This document shows positions 57,642-64,000 of a DNA stretch of 64,000 bases, piece by piece. How positions within the stretch are numbered: the stretch's first letter is position 1; each line of letters opens with the position of its first letter. The notes below the pieces were generated by a model. That model was given only the letters and a program-made list of their open reading frames with translations, ran no database searches and was not told the origin of the DNA. Position numbers and translations under genes: made by a program. The stretch spans positions 36,449 to 100,448 of the forward strand of contig QEXX01000089.1 in the NCBI GenBank assembly GCA_003130835.1. The letters are read 5' to 3'. This DNA comes from Anaerolineae bacterium. GTDB lineage: Bacteria; Chloroflexota; Anaerolineae; Anaerolineales; UBA4823.

Positions 57642-60275
57642 TTATACGACTGATTTAATCATTTCATTTAAAAGTTCCATTTCTTCCTGTGGACTGTGGA
57701 TTCGTCCTTCGATCCAAGCTAATTTAAGCTCGTTCAAAATTCGCCGATATAATGGACCTGGAGAAAGACCAAGTTGTTTCAGGGTGCGGCCATCGGTATG
57801 ACATTTGGTTTTTATCCATTTTGTAAAGTAGAATTGAATGAGATCAACGATTTTGCCTTGATCATCCATGAGGATTAGCCCATAGGCAACAATTGGATCG
57901 ATGCCATCTAACTGGTCAATGACGTCCAATCGATTCATCTGGGGAAGTTCATCTTTGATCGTCCAAAGATGGTTTGCCTCACGAACTTTCTTTCTCAAAG
58001 AGGAGGGTAGTTTTAGCCGATCAATGATCGTCAATAAATTACTCTGATCTAATTGGCATAACAAAACTAGGTAAAATAGTTCGCGGCGGACATCAGCCTG
58101 TGAGGGATTAAGATCAATGCCAAACGTTTGTGGAAGGGATATCCATAGCCGACGACTGCGCTCTCGTTTCCAGTTATCCCACTTCAATTGGGGATGGATA
58201 TGCTCGAAGATACCCAATTCTTGAAGCCTATCTAGCATCGCAAGAACCTGCTCTTCTACAAAAATCAAATCTAGTTCATGTCGAATACGATCGCCAGACA
58301 CTCTTGATAAAAGATTACGGGCATCCAGGATTAGTTGAAGGGTTCTTTCTTCAATCCGAAAGTGAAACCTTTGCTCAAAACGAATGGCGCGTAGAATGCG
58401 GGTAGGGTCATCAACAAACGAAAGGGAATGCAAAACGCGAATTACCCCTTTGCGAAGATCGCTCAAACCACCCCAATAATCATGTAATTCCCCATAATGT
58501 GTACCGTCTAAGCGTATTGCAAGGGTATTGATCGTAAAATCCCGGCGATGTAAATCCAATTTTATGCTACTGGGTTCAACGGTTGGCAATGCTGTAGGAT
58601 GGGTATAAAATTCCGTTCTAGCGGTAACAAAATCTAGTGTAGGAGGAATTTGCTCTACCAGCGACGCTGAACTGGCTCCTGAAAATTTCTGAAATTCCTG
58701 AACAAGCTTGGGATGATTCCGATCGATAAACCATTTGGCTGTCCGAAACCGATCATGTTTGGTTACCCTTCCACCAAATCGAGACCGTAAAGCTTTTGCC
58801 AAGGCAATCGCATCCCCTTCAACAACCAAGTCAAAATCCATGCTAGGTTTTTCTAAGAGTAAATCTCGGACAAATCCCCCCACAATATACAATGCCAAAC
58901 GATTTTCCATCGCCACTTGGGAGACTAACCTGATTAAGATTACCTGCGCACGGGGCAAGATTTTTTCCAGACGATCGGAGAGATTCACTCTAGAAGGGAG
59001 GCGGCTGCCAACCGGCAGAGCTTTAATAACATCGGTACGAGTGACAATACCGATAATCTTGCCATCTTCATCCACAACCGGGATTTGCCCCCAACCGCTA
59101 ACGGTCATGAGCATCTGAACCGTCTCGATCGATTCCTGAGGCGTTACTGTCACTTGTCCAGCTTCCATAATTTGTCTTGCTGTCAGATTCAATTTATGAG
59201 CAATAGCTCGATCAACCGCTCGACGAGTGACCAATCCAATGACTTGTCCATTTTCTACTACTGGGTAACCTTCGTGGCCAAATTTCTGCATCAAGGAGGC
59301 AATCTCGTTAACCCCCATCTGGGGGGGTACAAGTTGCGGGTCACGAGAGAATATCTGAGCCACAACAATCGCCGGTGTAACAATCTCCTTTAGGTAATCG
59401 ACCAGATTGTTTTCCAATTCTTCCATTGAAATATCTTTGACCAAACAGGCGGCAGCTCGCTCATGTCCTCCACCCCCAAATTTTTGGGCAACTTTCGCAA
59501 CATCGATATCATCGTTGGTGGATCGGGCGATTAACTGAATCCCACTCTTGGCTTGAACCAGGACAAACAAGGCATCTGGTTCCAGAACATCGCGCAGCTT
59601 ATGCGCAATCGATGATAGCTCTTCCTGCAGGTTACCGATTTCAGCTTTCGCAATCACAATTCGGTGTCCATGGACATCGATCGTGCGATAATTGGACTGC
59701 AATTGACGAAAGATTTCCATCTGTTCGTCAGAAAGGGGATGATATAGAAAATTGGCAAGAACCGAGAGGCTAGCTCCTTGCTCCAACAAAAAGGCAGCCG
59801 CATATAAATCCCTCGGAGTGGTGCGAGTGTAGGTCAGCGCGCCGGTATCCTCATAAATCCCCAACAACAACAGGGTTGCGTGGATTGGTGTGAGGTTCAG
59901 CTCATGTCCCCGAATCAACTCAATCAAAAGAGTTGTATTTGCCCCTGTTGCCGATAAGGTGATGTGCCAATCTGTCGAGATGTCTTCCCGTAGCGGATGA
60001 TGATCAATTACCCGCACCTTGGTTTGCGGGGTTACCCCCTTGATACTTGCCAAGCTTTGGGTATCGACCAGAATAATCGACTCAATCGGTTCTAGGGGCA
60101 AATCTCGCAATTCCACAAAAGGGAATTCGGCCCCATATAAGGTCAAAAAACCGCGCACATTGCGATTGATTTTACGGGGCAAAACCGGGATACTGTTGGG
60201 ATCAAGATAGTAGGCTCCCAATAAGGATGCAATCGCATCAAAATCGGCGACTTCGTGGGTCAAGATAATCCGCAT
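57642..60275 (-). CDS. DHH-DHHA1 / CBS-pair / class II tRNA nucleotidyltransferase (CCA-, CC- or A-adding or poly(A) polymerase family) fusion protein
   Basis: I chose ATG 60275 (MRIILTHEVADFDAIAS...). Domains in order are DHH (DHH motif VIDHHP), DHHA1 (GGGGHERAAA), two CBS motifs, an NTase head (GGFVRDLLL...DFDLVV, RRDFTINTLA) and a C-terminal RNA-binding body. About 877 aa. Confidence 0.85.
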   Translation of the reverse strand: MRIILTHEVADFDAIASLLGAYYLDPNSIPVLPRKINRNVRGFLTLYGAEFPFVELRDLPLEPIESIILVDTQSLASIKGVTPQTKVRVIDHHPLREDISTDWHITLSATGANTTLLIELIRGHELNLTPIHATLLLLGIYEDTGALTYTRTTPRDLYAAAFLLEQGASLSVLANFLYHPLSDEQMEIFRQLQSNYRTIDVHGHRIVIAKAEIGNLQEELSSIAHKLRDVLEPDALFVLVQAKSGIQLIARSTNDDIDVAKVAQKFGGGGHERAAACLVKDISMEELENNLVDYLKEIVTPAIVVAQIFSRDPQLVPPQMGVNEIASLMQKFGHEGYPVVENGQVIGLVTRRAVDRAIAHKLNLTARQIMEAGQVTVTPQESIETVQMLMTVSGWGQIPVVDEDGKIIGIVTRTDVIKALPVGSRLPSRVNLSDRLEKILPRAQVILIRLVSQVAMENRLALYIVGGFVRDLLLEKPSMDFDLVVEGDAIALAKALRSRFGGRVTKHDRFRTAKWFIDRNHPKLVQEFQKFSGASSASLVEQIPPTLDFVTARTEFYTHPTALPTVEPSSIKLDLHRRDFTINTLAIRLDGTHYGELHDYWGGLSDLRKGVIRVLHSLSFVDDPTRILRAIRFEQRFHFRIEERTLQLILDARNLLSRVSGDRIRHELDLIFVEEQVLAMLDRLQELGIFEHIHPQLKWDNWKRERSRRLWISLPQTFGIDLNPSQADVRRELFYLVLLCQLDQSNLLTIIDRLKLPSSLRKKVREANHLWTIKDELPQMNRLDVIDQLDGIDPIVAYGLILMDDQGKIVDLIQFYFTKWIKTKCHTDGRTLKQLGLSPGPLYRRILNELKLAWIEGRIHSPQEEMELLNEMIKSVV

Positions 60276-60419
60276 GATGATAGAGTATATCACGCACCGA
60301 AATGAAGGACAGCTCTTTTTATGTACCCTTCCCGAAGTTGATATGCTCACCAAATCTCTCTTAGGCATTTGTCGGGTTTAGAATTGACGTCTAATCTCAT
60401 CAACCATATAATCTCCTTT

Positions 60420-60719
60420 ATGGAGATTAGAGAACTTACCGAGCAAATGCACCGTTTTGTTCAATCCAAAGGCTGGTATGCTGATACCAGCACACGCCCT
60501 CAGACTCTAAAAAACTTGGCGATTTCCCTTACCTTAGAAGCCTGTGAAGTGCTTGAACAATTCCAGTGGCAGGAGCAGCCATTGGATCACACGCTCCTTG
60601 CGGAGGAACTTGCAGACGTGTTTCTCTACTTACTACAGATTGCCTCGTTGGCAGAAATTGACCTTGAAAAAGTTACATTGGAAAAATTAGAAAAGAACTA
60701 CCAAAGGAAATGGAAATAA
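60420..60719 (+). CDS. MazG-like nucleotide pyrophosphohydrolase (single-domain)
   Basis: I chose ATG 60420 (MEIRELTEQMHRFVQSKGW...). It has the EExxE-type helix pattern LEACEVLEQFQW...LAEELADVFLYLLQIA. About 99 aa. Confidence 0.78.
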   Translation: MEIRELTEQMHRFVQSKGWYADTSTRPQTLKNLAISLTLEACEVLEQFQWQEQPLDHTLLAEELADVFLYLLQIASLAEIDLEKVTLEKLEKNYQRKWK

Positions 60720-60726
60720 ACACAAG

Positions 60727-61524
60727 ATGCCTCTCATTGACCCGTCTCGACTTGAAAAACAAATTCAACAGTGTTTTTCCGTACAATCCAATGCCAGCCT
60801 TTTCGTAGAAGCCATTAAGGAATTACTCGATAGTTACGCTGATCACGCTTACCGTCCTGGTGAATTAGCAACACTACCCTCATTCTTGAAGAGCTATCAC
60901 GTTCCTCAACCTCTGCTCCGCACGCTAAAAAAAGAACTGGCAGTATTCTGTCAATCTGAGTCTGTTCAAGCTCTTTCGATTGCCAAAGAACTCTGGGAAG
61001 AACCCTATCAAGAATGCAAGGAATTAGCTATTTCGATCTTGGAAAAATTGCCCTTAGAGATGGAAGCGGAGCTGCTTAAAACAGTTGAACAATGGGTCTC
61101 AAGCTGCACTCATCTCGAACTGATCGAATCAATTGCCCAAAATGGGTTGAATACAATTCGGAAACACCAGACGGCTAGCCTGATTGAACGGGCACAAAAT
61201 TGGCTCATTGACGAACGTCCAAACATGCGCAAGTTCGGCTTCCTCGTCTTGCAGAAAGTGAGTGACACAATTTCATTTAGTGATCTTCCGTTGCTCTTCA
61301 AAGTAATTTCGCCCTTTCTTAACCGCTGTCCCATTGAATATTATCAAGATGTCGTGTTGATTTGTAACGCCTTAATTGGAAAATCACCAAAAGAGATGGC
61401 TTACCTCATGCGAAAAGCAATCACAGAAAATCCATCGGCTGACGCTCGCAAACTTATGAAATCCTGTCTAAACACCTTCCCCCCCGAACTGCAAACTGAT
61501 CTAAAAGCCGCCATACAACGATAA
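60727..61524 (+). CDS. HEAT-like repeat protein, DNA alkylation repair (AlkC/AlkD)-like; function uncertain
   Basis: 265 aa, all-helical repeats. A segment LWEEPYQECKELAISILEKL resembles the DNA_alkylation family as I recall it. Confidence 0.45.
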   Translation: MPLIDPSRLEKQIQQCFSVQSNASLFVEAIKELLDSYADHAYRPGELATLPSFLKSYHVPQPLLRTLKKELAVFCQSESVQALSIAKELWEEPYQECKELAISILEKLPLEMEAELLKTVEQWVSSCTHLELIESIAQNGLNTIRKHQTASLIERAQNWLIDERPNMRKFGFLVLQKVSDTISFSDLPLLFKVISPFLNRCPIEYYQDVVLICNALIGKSPKEMAYLMRKAITENPSADARKLMKSCLNTFPPELQTDLKAAIQR

Positions 61525-61577
61525 AATCTATTCTAATTCGGTAGGATTACTTGAATATTTTTGACCGCCTGGATTTA

Positions 61578-61586
61578 TGATATAAT
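61578..61586 (+). promoter_or_regulatory. Extended -10 promoter (TGaTATAAT) for rpsO
   Basis: tgatataat lies at 61578-61586. It is the same 9-mer as upstream of ftsY. An ~80-nt leader follows before ATG 61673. Confidence 0.4.
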
Positions 61587-61672
61587 TTCATCCAGTGACT
61601 AGGCCATTCCAAGGCTAATGAGCTTTGGGATTGGAGACCTGCACAAAAATTTATTTTAGGAGAGCAGATGTC

Positions 61673-61945
61673 ATGACACTGGATAAGGAGTTAAAACAAC
61701 AGTTAATGCAGGAATTTTCCCGTCATAACAAAGACACGGGATCTCCGGAAGTACAAATTGCTTTGTTAACCACCCGCATCAATCAGCTCACAGAGCACCT
61801 AAAAGCTCATAAGCACGATGAATCCTCCAGACGAGGTCTCTTGAAGCTCGTTGGAAGACGTCGAAGGCTATTAGCTTATCTTCGCCGTAGTGACTATAAT
61901 CGATATACTGCATTAACCGATCGTCTCAATATCCGCCGTAAGTGA
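61673..61945 (+). CDS. rpsO: 30S ribosomal protein S15
   Basis: About 90 aa with [50 protein letters not shown]. Confidence 0.95.
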   Translation: MTLDKELKQQLMQEFSRHNKDTGSPEVQIALLTTRINQLTEHLKAHKHDESSRRGLLKLVGRRRRLLAYLRRSDYNRYTALTDRLNIRRK

Positions 61946-61952
61946 AAGCGAT

Positions 61953-61984
61953 AGAGAAGATGAGCTAGGATGCTCATCTTCTCT
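61953..61984 (+). terminator. rpsO-pnp intercistronic hairpin (attenuator or RNase III-type processing stem)
   Basis: A perfect 13-bp stem, agagaagatgagc/gctcatcttctct, with a 6-nt loop. No strong T-tract follows it. Confidence 0.5.
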
Positions 61985-62042
61985 AATTAGAGAAATTTAT
62001 ACGGGGATAAACAATCATCTTCAAAATAAAACAGGAAAGAAA

Positions 62043-64000
62043 ATGAAACCAGAAAGTGTAATTGTGGAAACCATTGTTGGAAACAAACCTTTTCAAATTG
62101 AAACAGGGAAAATAGCAGCTCAGGCTGGCGGCGCAGTAACCGTTCGGGTTGGGGATACTGTTGTCTTTGCAGCCGCAACGATGAGCAGCGAACCCAAGGA
62201 AAGTGTAGATTTCTTCCCTCTAACAGTGGATTACGAGGAAAGAATGTACGCCGGTGGAAGAATTCCCGGCTCATTCTTCCGCCGCGAAGGACGGCCATCT
62301 GACGAAGCCATCCTAACCGCTCGTCTAGCCGATCGGCCCTTACGGCCTCTCTTCCCGAAAGATTTGCGCAACGAAGTTCAAATTATCCTCTACTCCTTAT
62401 CATCGGACGGGGAAAATCCCATTGATATCTTAGCGGTAAATGCAGCTTCGGCTGCCTTGGCTATTTCAGATATCCCTTGGGCTGGACCGATTGGCGCTGT
62501 TCGGATCGGACGCATTGACGGTCAATACTTGGTCAATCCCACCTTCACCGAGATGGAGTACTCCGACCTCGATCTCCGCATGGCAGGCACTCGCGATGCG
62601 ATCTTGATGGTTGAATGCGGTGCCAATGAAGTCAGTGAAGAAGATATGGTAAAAGCCCTCGTTTTTGGGCACCAAGCTTTGCAGCCGATTATCGACTTGC
62701 AAGAAGAACTTGTCGCTAAAGTCGGGAAACCCAAGGCAACCTATTCGGCAGCCATAGAAAACGAGGCTCTAATCGAAGCGATACGCCAGGAAGCTAGCCC
62801 GGTTATCCTTCAGGTTCTAGACCGGCCCTACATAAAGAGCGAACGCAACGCAGCCTTTAAGCAACTTGAAATCTCCCTAATCGAAAAATTCAAGGATAGT
62901 TTTTCTGCAACAGAAAATGACATCCGAGTTGCCCTCGAGAATTGCTATAAAGAAATTGTCCGTCGGCGCATATTGGAGCAAGGGATTCGGGCAGACGGTC
63001 GTCGGCTTGATGAAATTCGTCCGATTTGGTGCGAAGTAAACGTCAGTCCACGGGCGCATGGCTCGGGATTATTCACACGCGGTGAAACCCAAGTGTTAAC
63101 CCTCGCCACTCTCGGAACGCCTCGAGAGGCGCAAGAAATCGATAGCCTAACCCCAGCCGAGAGCAAACGGTACATGCATCACTATAACTTTCCTCCTTTC
63201 TCGACAGGCGAGGTGAAAGCTTTACGAGGAGCCTCTCGACGAGAAATTGGTCATGGCGCCTTAGCAGAAAGAGCGCTGGTGCCAGTTATTCCACCCGAAA
63301 ACAAATTCCCCTATACCCTTCGGTTGGTTTCCGAAGTTCTCTCCTCCAACGGTTCATCCTCGATGGCATCCGTGTGTGGCTCAACCCTTGCCCTCATGGA
63401 TACCGGTGTTCCGATCTCGGCGCCGGTGGCTGGTGTAGCTATGGGGCTTGTCAAGGAAGGGGATCGGTATGCTATCCTAACCGATATTCTCGGGTTGGAA
63501 GACCATTTTGGAGACATGGATTTCAAGGTTGCCGGCACACCCAAGGGCATAACCGCTCTCCAAATGGACATCAAGATCAAGGGGATTTCCTCTGATTTGA
63601 TGCTCGAAGCTCTCACAAAGGCCAAAGCAGCCAGAGCTCACATCCTAGAAAAGATGCTAGAAGTTATCCCTGCACCGCGTCCGGACTTAAAACCTCATGC
63701 ACCTCGCATTACGGTAGTGCAAATACCAATCGACAAGATCGGGGCGGTTATTGGTCCGGGTGGCAAAACCATCCGCAGCATTCAAGAAGAAACCAATACA
63801 AAAATTGACATCGGTGAGGATGGTTCCGTCTTCATTGCCGCCACAGATGGAGAATCGGCTCGTATCGCTGTCGAAAGGGTTGAGAATCTAACAGAAACAC
63901 CAGTCGTCGGCCGTATTTATACCGGAAAAGTGGTACGCGTTGCAGACTTTGGTGCCTTTGTTGAAATTTTGCCCAATGTCGATGGACTTGTCCACATCTC
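62043..64000 (+). CDS. pnp: Polyribonucleotide nucleotidyltransferase (PNPase), 3' end beyond window
   Basis: This gene is not in the ORF track because it has no stop inside the window. ATG 62043 (MKPESVIVETIVGNKPFQIETGKIAAQAGGAV...) stays open to base 64000. Visible parts are RNase PH domains (HYNFPPFSTGE...REIGHGALAERAL; GSSSMASVCG), a KH domain (GAVIGPGGKTIRSI) and the start of S1. Confidence 0.95.
   Translation, partial: MKPESVIVETIVGNKPFQIETGKIAAQAGGAVTVRVGDTVVFAAATMSSEPKESVDFFPLTVDYEERMYAGGRIPGSFFRREGRPSDEAILTARLADRPLRPLFPKDLRNEVQIILYSLSSDGENPIDILAVNAASAALAISDIPWAGPIGAVRIGRIDGQYLVNPTFTEMEYSDLDLRMAGTRDAILMVECGANEVSEEDMVKALVFGHQALQPIIDLQEELVAKVGKPKATYSAAIENEALIEAIRQEASPVILQVLDRPYIKSERNAAFKQLEISLIEKFKDSFSATENDIRVALENCYKEIVRRRILEQGIRADGRRLDEIRPIWCEVNVSPRAHGSGLFTRGETQVLTLATLGTPREAQEIDSLTPAESKRYMHHYNFPPFSTGEVKALRGASRREIGHGALAERALVPVIPPENKFPYTLRLVSEVLSSNGSSSMASVCGSTLALMDTGVPISAPVAGVAMGLVKEGDRYAILTDILGLEDHFGDMDFKVAGTPKGITALQMDIKIKGISSDLMLEALTKAKAARAHILEKMLEVIPAPRPDLKPHAPRITVVQIPIDKIGAVIGPGGKTIRSIQEETNTKIDIGEDGSVFIAATDGESARIAVERVENLTETPVVGRIYTGKVVRVADFGAFVEILPNVDGLVHI

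Noticed and set aside
61987-62298. 103-aa minus-strand ORF
   Set aside because: It is antisense to the 5' end of pnp, whose PNPase translation is unambiguous.

Overview
This 64-kb window is densely packed bacterial chromosome made almost entirely of housekeeping genes. I count about 60 CDS, one tRNA and one T-box leader. I found no rRNA, no CRISPR array, and no recognisable transposase, integrase or phage gene. Protein architectures suggest a Chloroflexota/Anaerolineae-like organism: PT-rich linkers, LysM and G5 envelope proteins, a GT-C/NHL fusion, T-box control, and a fused DHH-CBS nucleotidyltransferase. That taxonomic call is inference only and cannot be verified here.

Main blocks:
- **Minus-strand operon (881-7473):** moaC, a moaD-moaE fusion, a thrC-like gene, rnc and smc.
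- **ftsY, prfB and neighbours (7529-16618):** ftsY; prfB with the classical +1 frameshift site; a polar amino-acid ABC binding protein and permease; tRNA-Leu(GAG); plsX.
- **Envelope cluster (23545-26620):** GtrA, UDP-xylose synthase and a G5/beta-propeller protein.
- **scpB and rluB (27251-28598).**
- **TCA cluster (33025-42289):** sucCD, citrate synthase and mdh.
- **acpP plus isoprenoid genes (35111-37518):** fni and a polyprenyl synthase.
- **trpB2 behind a Trp T-box leader (46310-48035).**
- **Long minus-strand run (48215-56975):** nusA, ylxR, infB, rbfA, a DHH phosphoesterase, truB, ribF, thyA and folA. rpsO-pnp lies nearby on the opposite strand.

No obvious defence island or mobile accessory region is present. 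The items most worth a second look are:
- a Trp-specific T-box controlling a stand-alone TrpB2;
- a two-gene module of a helical protein plus a YdjI-like SPFH protein fused to an excisionase-type HTH;
- an orphan ChlI/BchI-type AAA+ ATPase in an operon with a TPR protein, a URO-D-family protein and a small Pro-rich protein;
- a MoaD-MoaE fusion with an internal Gly-Gly, next to a Zn-ribbon ThrC-like enzyme;
- a decayed CASTOR/POLLUX-like channel pseudogene;
- a mitochondrial-type citrate synthase;
- a DHH-CBS-nucleotidyltransferase fusion coupled to a GNAT.

All functional calls come from reading the supplied translations and the DNA by eye. No database search was run.
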